Below, piece after piece: positions 29,385-39,643 of a stretch of DNA of 63,134 bases; within the stretch, counting starts at the first letter, position 1; each line of letters opens with the position of its first letter. The notes under the pieces are model-generated. The model worked only from the letters and a program-made list of their open reading frames with translations. It did not search any database and was not told the origin of the DNA. Source of the stretch: Blastocatellia bacterium (lineage in GTDB: Bacteria > Acidobacteriota > Blastocatellia > RBC074); NCBI GenBank assembly GCA_043736395.1, contig JAYTCQ010000032.1, positions 1-63,134 on the forward strand, in the 5' to 3' direction. Both the position numbers and the translations under genes were made by a program.

Positions 29385-32300
29385 TTAGAGAGATTGTAAA
29401 GAGGGGTTATAAATAAGGCGAAATCCGGTCGCATCATCATGGAAAGATGGAGACGCACTTCCGCGAGCTGTAGCGCGTGCAACTACCTTGTGACTATTCC
29501 AAGAACCGCCTCGTAGTACCCGTCTTTCATGGAGTAGTAAGTTTTCAGCTCTTTCTTCAATTGTAGGTTTGTAATAACTACTTAAACACCATTCCGATAC
29601 GTTTCCACTCATATCCATAACACCTTCAGGTGAAGCGCCATTTGGGAAGATACCTACTGCACAAGTCATGTTAATTTCAGTATCGATGGTGTTGCCTTTT
29701 GCTGGATCATACGTGCCTTTGTATGGATAGGAGTATCCCGTTGTACCGCGTGCTGCTTTTTCCCATTCAAACTCGGTTGGCAATCGTACTACCCATTCAC
29801 TTACATTTTTCAGGTTATATCCACCACCTAGTCGCCACGAAAGCCAGCGACAGAATGCCATTGCTTGATACCAGTTAACCGTTTCGCGTGGATGGTTTGT
29901 ATATGGATAATCATAATATTTTGCAGCTTGAATGGGCATCTGTTGCTTGTCATCAGATACCGACCAACCTTCAAACCAGCGTTTATCGCTAAAGCCTTGA
30001 GTGTCGTCCAAAAACGTTTGGAACTGTGCGTAAGTTATTGGGTAACAGCTTATTTTAAAAGTTGAAAGCTTAAGAATTTTTGGTCTAGCAGCATATTCTT
30101 CCTTACTTCCGTACTGAAATTCGCCATCAGTGATCTCTACCCAATCAATCTGAGGCAGGGCATCAGGCTTAACCCCTATCAATCCAATCGCACGTCCTAT
30201 GGCAGCACGAGCGCGGGGATCATGTTCGTATTGCAAGTCATTTAAGCGCGGAACCCAGAGTTTACGCAAAATATCCTTGGTACTCTCAGGGGTTTCTGCA
30301 CCGCTTCGGATAATACACTTTGCGGCGACTTCGGGATTGGCATCGCTAAGCCAATTCAGGATGTTCGTACAATCATTGCCATAAAAACCTGCTAATAAGA
30401 TTGAGGGTTCCTCCAAATTTTTAGGTTCCCACCAACTTTCACGTCGCCAAATTTTTTTAGCTGGATCTTCCTCTTTTTGAAACAGATTATCCATAAACTT
30501 AGCAGCGAAATATTCCTGTAGAAGTTGATGCGAGAAACGTACCTGTTCATCGGTGCTGAGGATACTTGCGCTAACAGCTAGATAAAGCTGTTGGTCAGTT
30601 AAAATTTGTAGTGTCTCAGCTTTGGGTAGCGCGGTATTACGTAATTGCTGCATCTCAAAAGCTAGACACGCCAAGTCGTGGGTCAAATTTTCTTGCTCTT
30701 GAAGTACGGCTTCTTTTTTAGCCTGATTCAGTAAAGTCTTACGTTCGCGCAATAATAGTGCGTCTACGAAATCGCGGAACAGGTCTCCCTGATTTTTTGG
30801 TAATTCACCACGATGGAAATAAACGCTAGCTAGCATTTGCAGCATAAAAGGGTTTTGTGCCAAAACTAATAAGCTGGATGGATTTAGCCACTGCTGCCAA
30901 TGTTCATTACTCTCCTTATGCCAACTTTGGCAGAATTCTAGAGATACCTGTTCACTCAATGGCGTAATTTTTTGTGTAGATGTTTGTCGTTGGAATGTTT
31001 GAAGAAACGATATGAATTTTTGTGATGTTTCTTTTCCTATGAGTTCCCAAAATAACGCATTCCCTTTTTCATTTCCCAGATAGTTTCTGACAAATTTTTG
31101 AATCCTGAGTGGATCAAGCGGGATGATAACAATACGATTAAAATCAAGAAAGTCGCCTTTCTCGCCCTGTTCTAACTCGTCATCTGGTGCCATCATCCCG
31201 GCGACTCTTTTCTCATATTGGAAATCAAGATAATCATCTTTGTAATCTTGCTCACGACAGGAGACTACAGCCAGCAACTGTTTATTTTGATAAAGGAATT
31301 CTTGTACTTTGGGATATTTATTTTCGCGCTGGGCGATTGGTAATTCATTTAAGCCGTCCAGTAAAAGTGCAGCACGATTAGTGTCTAACAGTGTATTGAG
31401 ATGTTGACCTAGCTCACCCAATTGTGCAGCAATGAATTCGAGTAAGGACTGGTCAGGGATTGTCCACTCCCCTAAACGGACTAACAAAGGAATAGGTTTA
31501 AGAAAATTTTGCTTCGCTTCATCAACTAAATAATGCGCCAGTTTTCGAATTGTAGTCGTTTTGCCACCCCCAGGTTCGCCTAGTAAAACTGCCCGCCGAA
31601 GTTGCAGAATTTCTCCTACGACATTTTCGAAACGACGGATTGGTTGCTGACGATCTTTACCAATAGGTGTCAACTCGAAGACCATGTCCATTTGTGGTTG
31701 CGGCACATTTGATAGTGAGGTGCCTGCCATTGGTGTGTATCTGTCTATGTTGCGTAATTTTTTTTCCTCTATGTAATCCAGATAAGCTAATTCCAAAATG
31801 CGCTGGGCAGTAGTGGATGATATAGGAGTAGCACCTTGATTCAGATTGATGGTGATATTGCTATCTTTAATGTGCTGTAGCGCAATATTGCTTTTGCCTG
31901 ATTGGGTTGCGGTGATCGAGAAATTGTTCTGAAGTTCCTGCGACTTTAACGTAGAGTCGTTAGTGACAGGAGGCAAGTTTTGCAACGATGGCGTAAGAAG
32001 CAAATTATCTTTGATAAATTGGCAAAGCAGTCGATGTTGAAGCGCCGCTTTATTTTCAGGCTTCGCAATCGAGAAATGGTCTGAGAGCGGAATCTTAATT
32101 GACTCGCCAAAATAGCTGGCTCCAGAGAAAGGCTCAACTACTTGTTTTCGCCAGAGTTTCTTCAAGACAACAAATTGATCTTCGATTAACTCCTTGCCTT
32201 TGATCGAAATTGAATTCGCTTCCTTCAGGTTTTTGAATTCTTTGTCGAGTCCGTGGAGCCAAACATTGCTTTGCGAAAAACCCAAAGCTGCGGCTTGGGT

Positions 32301-32741
32301 GTGTCCAAGAAATTGAGCGAGTGGTGAAAGCCAGTCAGCATACGATGAACCGAGAGAAGGTGAGGCGACAAGAAATAATACAATGTCCGTTTTGCTTGCG
32401 ATTAAATCCGCAACTCGCTCTACCAGAAATTTTCTGACGACGATTCCACCCATGCTGTGACAGACGAAGATGATTTGCTTGCTTGTCAGAACTTTATCTA
32501 ATCGCATGAATTCTTTGAGCGAATCAACGACATCGCTCAAAGAATAACTGCCACTAAAAATTCCTGTTTGATAGGTGAAAACATAAATTCCAAGTGCGCC
32601 AAGATCAGATTCTTGGTTCAATAGCTCAGGCCAGTACGAGCCATTTTCATGCTTCCAGCAAGTTTCGCCGCTGGATAAAATTCCATGCACAAAAACAACT
32701 GAAGTGTCTGATGCGGGTTTTCTAAGCCATTCACCTTTCAT
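29385..32741 (-). CDS. NLR-like protein: alpha/beta-hydrolase + NACHT NTPase + FGE-sulfatase (SUMF1) domain
   Basis: VVFVHGI...CHSMGG nucleophile elbow; GEPGGGKTT Walker A, LLLDGLNE Walker B, NPFML; HPRETVNWYQAMAFCRW, RLPTEFEWEKAARG, DMSGNVSEWC, VLRGGSW. Confidence 0.88.
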   Translation of the reverse strand: MKGEWLRKPASDTSVVFVHGILSSGETCWKHENGSYWPELLNQESDLGALGIYVFTYQTGIFSGSYSLSDVVDSLKEFMRLDKVLTSKQIIFVCHSMGGIVVRKFLVERVADLIASKTDIVLFLVASPSLGSSYADWLSPLAQFLGHTQAAALGFSQSNVWLHGLDKEFKNLKEANSISIKGKELIEDQFVVLKKLWRKQVVEPFSGASYFGESIKIPLSDHFSIAKPENKAALQHRLLCQFIKDNLLLTPSLQNLPPVTNDSTLKSQELQNNFSITATQSGKSNIALQHIKDSNITINLNQGATPISSTTAQRILELAYLDYIEEKKLRNIDRYTPMAGTSLSNVPQPQMDMVFELTPIGKDRQQPIRRFENVVGEILQLRRAVLLGEPGGGKTTTIRKLAHYLVDEAKQNFLKPIPLLVRLGEWTIPDQSLLEFIAAQLGELGQHLNTLLDTNRAALLLDGLNELPIAQRENKYPKVQEFLYQNKQLLAVVSCREQDYKDDYLDFQYEKRVAGMMAPDDELEQGEKGDFLDFNRIVIIPLDPLRIQKFVRNYLGNEKGNALFWELIGKETSQKFISFLQTFQRQTSTQKITPLSEQVSLEFCQSWHKESNEHWQQWLNPSSLLVLAQNPFMLQMLASVYFHRGELPKNQGDLFRDFVDALLLRERKTLLNQAKKEAVLQEQENLTHDLACLAFEMQQLRNTALPKAETLQILTDQQLYLAVSASILSTDEQVRFSHQLLQEYFAAKFMDNLFQKEEDPAKKIWRRESWWEPKNLEEPSILLAGFYGNDCTNILNWLSDANPEVAAKCIIRSGAETPESTKDILRKLWVPRLNDLQYEHDPRARAAIGRAIGLIGVKPDALPQIDWVEITDGEFQYGSKEEYAARPKILKLSTFKISCYPITYAQFQTFLDDTQGFSDKRWFEGWSVSDDKQQMPIQAAKYYDYPYTNHPRETVNWYQAMAFCRWLSWRLGGGYNLKNVSEWVVRLPTEFEWEKAARGTTGYSYPYKGTYDPAKGNTIDTEINMTCAVGIFPNGASPEGVMDMSGNVSEWCLSSYYKPTIEERAENLLLHERRVLRGGSWNSHKVVARATARGSASPSFHDDATGFRLIYNPSLQSL

Positions 32742-32882
32742 GCTGAGAATGTTCTTTCATTAAAATTTGTGGAGTCCGCATCGTGAAACAAGTCCCCACA
32801 AATTGCAACAAGAAAAAGGGCGGACAATTACAACTATTGACGATAACGTTACGTGGCAGGCGGGGTGTTAATTTTTTACAGG

Positions 32883-33920
32883 TTATGGATGATTAAGATG
32901 CCGTGTGACAAATTCATCGTCATTGAGGTGAGGGTACGCTGCATAAATTCGATCAATTTCTTCCATCTGTCCGGGCGATAAATCTTCCTGCGGATCAAGA
33001 CACCAGCGACCTTGCATCAGTCCCTGTCTGCGCAACACTTCGTGCAATCCGGCGATGCAGCCGACGAAATTATTTTTTGCATCAAAGAACGCGGCATTTG
33101 AATCCGTGATTTCTGCGGAACGGGCGAGGACTTCAAAGGCGTTTCCGTTCGTACGTGCTGCCTTGATTTCATTGAGCAATTCGACGGCACGTTTTGTCCA
33201 CACTGCCCAGTGTCCAAGCAAGCCTCCTGCGAAGCGCAAATGTTTTCCACTCATGCGAAATTCGGTCAATAAATCGGCTACGATATTGTCATCATTTCCG
33301 GTATAAAGCGCGATGTCTTTTTCGCATCCGCTGTCGGCAAGAGCGCGTACGACATCAAGCGTTTGGTAGCGATTGAATGGCGCAATTTTTACGGCGGCGA
33401 TATTTTCGATGACAAAAAAATCACGCCAAAATTCGTAGCTCAACAATCGTCCGCCGACTGCTGGTTGCAAATAAAATCCAATCAGTGGAATTTCTTCGGC
33501 GATGATCCGGCAATGTTGTATCAGCTCTGGTTCCGTTGCTTCGCGCAGAGCTGCCAGGCTGATCAGTCCGGCGTCATAACCAGTTTCGCGGGCAAAAATG
33601 GCTTCGTATTTTGCCTGCTTTGCCTCGCCACAAATTCCAGCAATTTTCACGAGACGTTTGTGGTTTGCATTTTCATAAGTACGCATCGCCTCTGCCGCGA
33701 GTTGTAAGACGAGTTCGAATAATCCGATCTGCGCATCACGAATCGCAAATTGTGTAGTATGTACGCCAACCGCGATGCCACCTGCGCCGGCAGCGCAATA
33801 ATAATTTGTCAGCCCAACCTGACGGCGTTCATCAAGTTTGCGTTCGGCGGTCAACGCCAGCGGATGCGCGGGGATGACGATGCCATCCAACAAGGTCTCG
33901 CGAATAATTGAATCCAACAC
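32883..33920 (-). CDS. Dihydrodipicolinate synthase-family (class I aldolase/dehydratase) protein
   Basis: VIPAHPLAL, GIAVGVHTTQF, GFYLQPAVGG, AVKIAPF (Schiff-base Lys), LYTGNDD. Confidence 0.85.
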   Translation of the reverse strand: MLDSIIRETLLDGIVIPAHPLALTAERKLDERRQVGLTNYYCAAGAGGIAVGVHTTQFAIRDAQIGLFELVLQLAAEAMRTYENANHKRLVKIAGICGEAKQAKYEAIFARETGYDAGLISLAALREATEPELIQHCRIIAEEIPLIGFYLQPAVGGRLLSYEFWRDFFVIENIAAVKIAPFNRYQTLDVVRALADSGCEKDIALYTGNDDNIVADLLTEFRMSGKHLRFAGGLLGHWAVWTKRAVELLNEIKAARTNGNAFEVLARSAEITDSNAAFFDAKNNFVGCIAGLHEVLRRQGLMQGRWCLDPQEDLSPGQMEEIDRIYAAYPHLNDDEFVTRHLNHP

Positions 33921-33932
33921 TTTTTCTCCTTC

Positions 33933-34955
33933 TCAAAACTTTCCATCGGTGACTTCAAATTTCGTCGGTTTATTCAAACTCGCGCCGCCGATCTCGACCC
34001 AGTGCGCGACCATTTCCATCAGCGTTTTTGAAGCGACTGACGGATTACCAAGCAACGAATGGCACAACGCCGCGTTGTTGAGCAAAGCGAAGGGTGAAGG
34101 CTCGCCGTAATAAATCGCGCTTCGTTGAAATCGCTGCGCAAAAAATTCTGCGGCGGATTGCGTCGAAATTATTTCTGATCCGGTGACATTCAATATGCGT
34201 GGCGGCGACTCACAAAGCTCAACACTGCGCAGCGCGTAAGAATTCGCATCGCCTTGCCAGATTACATTGAATGCTGCGACGGAAAGATTGACAGGCTGAC
34301 CTGCGAAAACTTTTTGGGCAATGTCCACCAATACGCCGTAGCGCAAATCTACCGCGTAATTCAGACGAAAAATTAGACAACGTGTTCCGCGTTCGTATGA
34401 GAAATATTCAAAGATTCGTTCGCGCCCCAGGCACGATTGTGCATATTCGCCTTGTGGCCCAAGCGTATCACTTTCAACCGAACCGCCTGAAGCTGGGCTG
34501 ACGAACGGATACACATTGCCTGTCGAAAAAGCGACGATGCGCGAAGTGTGAAAACGTTCGGCTACGAGCGCAGGCACATACGTGTTGCTCGCCCAAGTCA
34601 GATCAGTTCTTTCGGTCGAACCAAATTTTCTCCCGGCCAAAAAGTAAACATTTTCGCAATCAGGCAATTGATTGATCTGCATTCGGTCAAGCAAATCGCA
34701 AGCGATGGTTTCGACTCCGATGCTATCCAATTCATTGCGTGAAGCAGTCGACGAAAATCGTGAGACGGCAATCACGCGGCGTTTGATATTCGCGTCATCA
34801 GTTGCCTGTTTGATGCGCCGCGCCAGTGACGGCCCCATCTTGCCGCCTGCACCCAGAATCATTACGTCGCCGGACAAACGGCGCAGGCAATCCACGTCGG
34901 CGGCGGAAGGCGCAGCCAATAATTCTTCGAGTTGTGATTCGTTAGAAATTAGCAT
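33933..34955 (-). CDS. NAD-dependent epimerase/dehydratase family protein
   Basis: ILGAGGKMG Rossmann motif, FSTGNVY, EYAQSCLGRE, RLNYA. Confidence 0.85.
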   Translation of the reverse strand: MLISNESQLEELLAAPSAADVDCLRRLSGDVMILGAGGKMGPSLARRIKQATDDANIKRRVIAVSRFSSTASRNELDSIGVETIACDLLDRMQINQLPDCENVYFLAGRKFGSTERTDLTWASNTYVPALVAERFHTSRIVAFSTGNVYPFVSPASGGSVESDTLGPQGEYAQSCLGRERIFEYFSYERGTRCLIFRLNYAVDLRYGVLVDIAQKVFAGQPVNLSVAAFNVIWQGDANSYALRSVELCESPPRILNVTGSEIISTQSAAEFFAQRFQRSAIYYGEPSPFALLNNAALCHSLLGNPSVASKTLMEMVAHWVEIGGASLNKPTKFEVTDGKF

Positions 34956-34963
34956 TTTTTTGA

Positions 34964-35833
34964 TTAGCCGAACTCTGGCCCCAGAATTCCAAACTGTTTT
35001 TCAGGCAATCCCGGATAAGAATTTTCGCCACGATACATCCGTATAAATGGACGCTGTGCCTGGAAGTCAATGGATTCAAGCCACGTGCGCCAATCCATTG
35101 CATGATGCGTAGCGTCAAGGATAAATTGTTTGCCTCTTTGTTGATTTAGACACGCGCTCACAAGCTGGCGCGCTGTTGTCTGGTAGTGCGCGATCACTGG
35201 TCCCAAATGCTCAGCATTGTGTCCGTGTCGCCCAAAACAATATCCCGTGATTAGTCCTTGTTGTTCAATTACCCAAGCATATTCGGGCGCGCCTGCGAAC
35301 ATCCATTCCAACAAAACGCGGCGATCCGCACCGAACACTTCACAATCAAGGCGAAGTACAGCAGGAAAATCTTCGTGTGTCATCGGACGCGCCGGATTGG
35401 CTTGTTTTATCAGGCCTTCACGCGGAACCAGAATTTCCATTCGGCTCAGACTGTATTCATCAAAAAAATTGAGTTGCCGATAAACGCGGTGTCCCGCCGG
35501 AGTCGCGTCCAATCGAATGGATCGCACGTCTTTCAGTACGGCGAGAACTTCCTCCACTAGCATCGTACCAATCCCGTTCCCGCGTGCAGCGGGATCAACC
35601 AACACCATCCCCACCCAACTAAAAAGATGTTCGTAATTCACGGTAGCAACTGTGCCAATCACTTGACCGTCAATAATGGCGACGCGGCAACCGTGCGGGC
35701 TGAGTATGAGGAACATTTCCCAGTCGCGGCGCACTTGATTCCAGCCACTCGCGCGGCAAAGACGCAATCCGGCCTCAATGTCGGATTGACGCATTTCACG
35801 AAAGCTCACTGCGATTTCTGAGGGTAAGCTCAT
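34964..35833 (-). CDS. GNAT N-acetyltransferase (two-domain)
   Basis: GWNQ...DW, WVGMVLVDPAARGNGIG acetyl-CoA motif, LDATPAG..VY. Confidence 0.85.
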   Translation of the reverse strand: MSLPSEIAVSFREMRQSDIEAGLRLCRASGWNQVRRDWEMFLILSPHGCRVAIIDGQVIGTVATVNYEHLFSWVGMVLVDPAARGNGIGTMLVEEVLAVLKDVRSIRLDATPAGHRVYRQLNFFDEYSLSRMEILVPREGLIKQANPARPMTHEDFPAVLRLDCEVFGADRRVLLEWMFAGAPEYAWVIEQQGLITGYCFGRHGHNAEHLGPVIAHYQTTARQLVSACLNQQRGKQFILDATHHAMDWRTWLESIDFQAQRPFIRMYRGENSYPGLPEKQFGILGPEFG

Positions 35834-35840
35834 GCTTCAC

Positions 35841-37310
35841 TCATGATAATTTTATTATGCCGAGTCCCGGTTGATTAAGTGCGCTGGTGCGCAACATCCC
35901 ATCCTTGATGATGAACAAACCGGGGAAATCTTTTTTCCACTTTTCATTCGCCGTCGGCACGTATTGCCGCGAGTTGCCTTCGAGTCCGCCGACGCCGGGC
36001 ACGTGCGAAGCGATGCTGCACGAATGAATGAACGACGCGCCGGGGCAAGTCAGGTCTTGTACGCATAATGACATTTTGTATTTCTGTGCCGCCGCTGCCA
36101 TCAGTACCGCGTGGCTTTGCCCTTTGCACGCCTTGAGCGCGACGCCCGTGTAGCCCATTTCGCGCGCCAGCAGCAGCGATTCAAGATCAGTAAGCGATTC
36201 GTCAATGACTACGGGACGCAGCTTTGCGGCTTCGTGCATCACATTCGCACGGTCGGCGCGCAGATCGCGTTGCGTAGGCTGTTCGATGTATTGAATCCGC
36301 GCAAAGCCCTGCGGCGCAGACTCTTTCACGCGTCGCAAGACTTCGAGCAAATAGCCGACGTTGTCACAGCGTTCGTTGAAATCGAGCAGATATTTGCAGA
36401 GCTTCTGTTTGGCTGGCGAAAGATTTTCATCCACGATGCGATCAATTTTGAGGATACGTTGCGTGTCGGCTTCGCGGTCGCCGCCATTGAGCTTGATCTT
36501 GAAATGCGTCAGTCCGTTGAATCGAATCCAGTCCGGTAAAGTTTCGGGCAAGCCATCGCCGACACGCTTTTTGATGTCGCTTTCGAGCAGCGGATCAGAT
36601 GCGCCAACGGAATGAAACAGTGGTATGCGCGGCACGGGTTGTTTGAGCAGATAACGGTCAAGCGATTCACCTTTGAAATCGGCGTTGAGGTAATGCGACA
36701 AATCGCGCGGCAATAAATCTCGTCCATACGTTTGCCAACTGCTGCGGCGATGAACCTTGCCGAACGCGTCGTGAATCGCGGCATCAAACGCGCTCGCCGT
36801 GACCAACGTGCAGAGCTTCGGAATCGGCGCGGCAAGTTTTAATTCTCGCGAAACTTCTTCAGCGGCTTTCAGAAAATCCGGTTCAAGTGCTACAAATGCA
36901 TCAAGTGGATGTCCGGTTTCTTTATAGGTATTGATGATTTTGTTGAGCCGTTCGGCGAGCGCCTTCATTGCGCCCAGCGTCACGTCGTAGCCCATCACGC
37001 TTGATGGAAAAGCCCATTGATTGCCCATCGTCATTGAGCCAAAGCCGCGTGCGTTATGTCCGTTATTTGTTTTGACTACGCAATTGACGTTAAGCAGTGT
37101 CACGCGATCCACGCTGCGTCCGCCGAACATGTATGGCGCGCGATAGAGATGATCTTCATAGCCGAACGAAATTTCTTCAATGCGAATATCCGTCGCACGC
37201 GGCACGATAATAGTTGGCGTGGCAAAGACTAAAGTCGCAAGCGCGGTACTGCGCAAAAAATCCCGCCGCGATGAAACTATAGACTGAGGTTTATTGTGTG
37301 TATTCATCAT
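35841..37310 (-). CDS. Enolase-superfamily (mandelate racemase/MLE-like) enzyme with twin-arginine-like N-terminus
   Basis: SRRDFL; FKIKL (KxK), LLDFNE, YIEQP, VIDES metal ligands, ALKACK. Confidence 0.82.
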   Translation of the reverse strand: MMNTHNKPQSIVSSRRDFLRSTALATLVFATPTIIVPRATDIRIEEISFGYEDHLYRAPYMFGGRSVDRVTLLNVNCVVKTNNGHNARGFGSMTMGNQWAFPSSVMGYDVTLGAMKALAERLNKIINTYKETGHPLDAFVALEPDFLKAAEEVSRELKLAAPIPKLCTLVTASAFDAAIHDAFGKVHRRSSWQTYGRDLLPRDLSHYLNADFKGESLDRYLLKQPVPRIPLFHSVGASDPLLESDIKKRVGDGLPETLPDWIRFNGLTHFKIKLNGGDREADTQRILKIDRIVDENLSPAKQKLCKYLLDFNERCDNVGYLLEVLRRVKESAPQGFARIQYIEQPTQRDLRADRANVMHEAAKLRPVVIDESLTDLESLLLAREMGYTGVALKACKGQSHAVLMAAAAQKYKMSLCVQDLTCPGASFIHSCSIASHVPGVGGLEGNSRQYVPTANEKWKKDFPGLFIIKDGMLRTSALNQPGLGIIKLS

Positions 37311-37522
37311 TGCTCCAGAAAAAAATCAATGTGCCTTTTCGTGAACATAGCCAGCACTTGGGCAGCCTTCCCGACTAACTCGATCTTATAATCTTGAGCC
37401 ATTAGGCCAGCTTTTTTGTGATTTCGTGTGTTCTGTTGAGTAGAATATGTTTCTTTCTTCAGAATTGAAAGGTAGGTACCTTGATACCTTGTCAGTAACG
37501 TAATATAGCAAATCTTGAAGAT

Positions 37523-37563
37523 AAAAAAAGCGCGCAAACTCTGATAAGTTTGCGCGCTTTTTT
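37523..37563 (-). terminator. Intrinsic terminator after rpoD
   Basis: AAAAAAAGCGCGCAAACT / AGTTTGCGCGCTTTTTT. Confidence 0.85.
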
Positions 37564-37595
37564 GAAGATAACCGATTAAAGTCGGTACTCTAAAT

Positions 37596-39296
37596 TTATG
37601 GTCTGCCAGTATCCAAAAACGCTTTCAGCTTACGTGAACGGGAAGGATGACGCAGTTTGCGTAATGCCTTCGCTTCAATTTGGCGGATACGTTCGCGGGT
37701 GACGGCGAAGTGTTGTCCGACTTCTTCGAGCGTATGCTCGCTGCCGTTTGGTCCGAGTCCGAAGCGCATCTTGATGACTTTTTCCTCGCGGGGAGTCAAC
37801 GTCTTCAAGACTTCTTCGGTGATTTCCCGCAGATTCAAATTGATGACTGCTTCGGCAGGATTTTGAATCGTTTTGTCTTCGATGAAATCGCCGAGATGTG
37901 AATCTTCTTCTTCACCAATCGGAGTTTCCAGCGAAATTGGTTCTTGCGCGATCTTCAAAACCTTACGAACTTTGGAAGCTGGGATGTCCATTTTACGCGC
38001 GATTTCTTCGCTCGTTGGTTCACGTCCGAGTTCCTGCACCAGCGCTCGTGAAGTCCGAATCAGTTTGTTGATCGTTTCGATCATGTGGACTGGAATTCGG
38101 ATCGTTCTCGCCTGATCTGCAATAGCGCGAGTGATCGCCTGACGAATCCACCATGTGGCGTACGTCGAGAATTTATAACCGCGACGATATTCGAATTTGT
38201 CGACAGCTTTCATCAAACCGATGTTGCCTTCCTGAATCAAATCCAGAAATTGCAAACCGCGATTGGTGTATTTTTTGGCGATGGAAACAACGAGGCGCAA
38301 GTTGGCTTCGACGAGTTCTTTTTTCGCCTGTCCGGCTTCAGCTTCGCCGGTGACGATGTTTTGCATCGCCCGTTTCATCTCAGCGGCGGAGATGTGGAAT
38401 TGCTCTTCCAGTTGAACTAAATGACGTTTGGCAGCGCGCTGTTTTTTCTCAAGCTCTTTGATTTCGTCAACTTTGCGTTTGCGTTCAAGCTGGCGCGTGA
38501 GCTTATCAATTTCACGATCAGTTTCTTTGACTTGCGCGGTCGCCGTACGAATTGCATTGACGAGGCGATTCTCCATGCGCGGCATCAATTCAAGGATGCG
38601 AACGTGTTGCGAAATGTCCACACGCATACGCATCAGCTTGCGGCGCATTTTCGTATGCTTGGGCGAACGTTTTGGCTCAATCAAATACTTTTCGTAATGC
38701 GTAAGAATTTTCTTGAACGACTTTCCGATTTCGGTGATTTGTTCGACGGTGTAGTTGTAATACTCCTCGACCTTTTCTTCAGTGATGCCTTCCTGCTCGG
38801 TGAACTGGACGACTTCACGAATTGTCAGTTGACCGGCTTCGAGTTCGCGACCGATTTTAATCAATTCCGTGATGGCCATGGGCGAACGCGAAATTGATTT
38901 TTGAGCGCGAATTTTGCCACGTTCGATACGTTTGGCGATAGCGACTTCGCCTTCGCGTGTGAGCAACGGTACGACACCCATTTCACGCAAATAAAGGCGA
39001 ACGGGATCGTTGGTTTTGTCGAGGCTGCCAGGAGATAAATCAATCTCGACTTCTTCTTCAGCGGAGTCTTCGATTTTTTTATCACTGCCACTGATGGCGG
39101 CATTCTCAAGGAATTTTTCATCGGAGTCGCCGATGGAAATTCCTTCAGCGCCGAGGGAGGCAAAAATATCCTCAATGTCGTCGGGGGAGACGAGACCTTC
39201 AGGCAATTCATTATTGATGTCATCGTAGCTGAGAAAGGCTTTGTCTTTGCCCATTTCCAACAGCTTTTCGACATCGTCTGTGTATTTCTCTTCCAT
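37596..39296 (-). CDS. rpoD: RNA polymerase primary sigma factor
   Basis: [95 protein letters not shown]. Confidence 0.98.
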   Translation of the reverse strand: MEEKYTDDVEKLLEMGKDKAFLSYDDINNELPEGLVSPDDIEDIFASLGAEGISIGDSDEKFLENAAISGSDKKIEDSAEEEVEIDLSPGSLDKTNDPVRLYLREMGVVPLLTREGEVAIAKRIERGKIRAQKSISRSPMAITELIKIGRELEAGQLTIREVVQFTEQEGITEEKVEEYYNYTVEQITEIGKSFKKILTHYEKYLIEPKRSPKHTKMRRKLMRMRVDISQHVRILELMPRMENRLVNAIRTATAQVKETDREIDKLTRQLERKRKVDEIKELEKKQRAAKRHLVQLEEQFHISAAEMKRAMQNIVTGEAEAGQAKKELVEANLRLVVSIAKKYTNRGLQFLDLIQEGNIGLMKAVDKFEYRRGYKFSTYATWWIRQAITRAIADQARTIRIPVHMIETINKLIRTSRALVQELGREPTSEEIARKMDIPASKVRKVLKIAQEPISLETPIGEEEDSHLGDFIEDKTIQNPAEAVINLNLREITEEVLKTLTPREEKVIKMRFGLGPNGSEHTLEEVGQHFAVTRERIRQIEAKALRKLRHPSRSRKLKAFLDTGRP

Positions 39297-39643
39297 TTAC
39301 TTACTCCTGCGATACTGCCTTTCCATCGTCCGTTTCATCGGGAGATACGGTTTGGGAAAAACGAAAACGGTAAACAGTATCAATGACTGCTCCAATTCAA
39401 TATTTCGTGAAGAGAGTTTTGTCCCACTGCAAAATTGCGGGAAGTCAGCTGTCCTGGCAGAGTAAGTTTTGATTCAATGTGTCGTAATTAATTTTAAACG
39501 ACGAACAATAATCTCTGCGTAGACCTGATTGAACCCGACGTTTTTTGAGAGTGAGACAAGGCAATAAATCGCCCCGCTTCTCGAAACGTTCTTGTTTTCA
39601 AAACTGAAATTTGAATAACGGCGAAGTTATTTAGATTATTGGC

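Noticed and set aside
28131-32741. Integrative element or prophage at tRNA-Leu
   Set aside because: No integrase and no duplicated tRNA 3' end was seen; the genes on the tRNA 3' side (DUF4087, rhodanese) are not mobile-element genes.
39420-39465. CCCACTG...GCGGGAAG resembling a cobalamin riboswitch fragment
   Set aside because: It is antisense to the dnaG-rpoD transcript, the other B12-box elements are not found, and no cobalamin gene is downstream.
37657-39465. Numerous long plus-strand ORFs opposite rpoD, and similar ones opposite hemL, mutS2 and the enolase gene
   Set aside because: They are antisense shadows of conserved genes with biased codon use and show no recognisable motifs.
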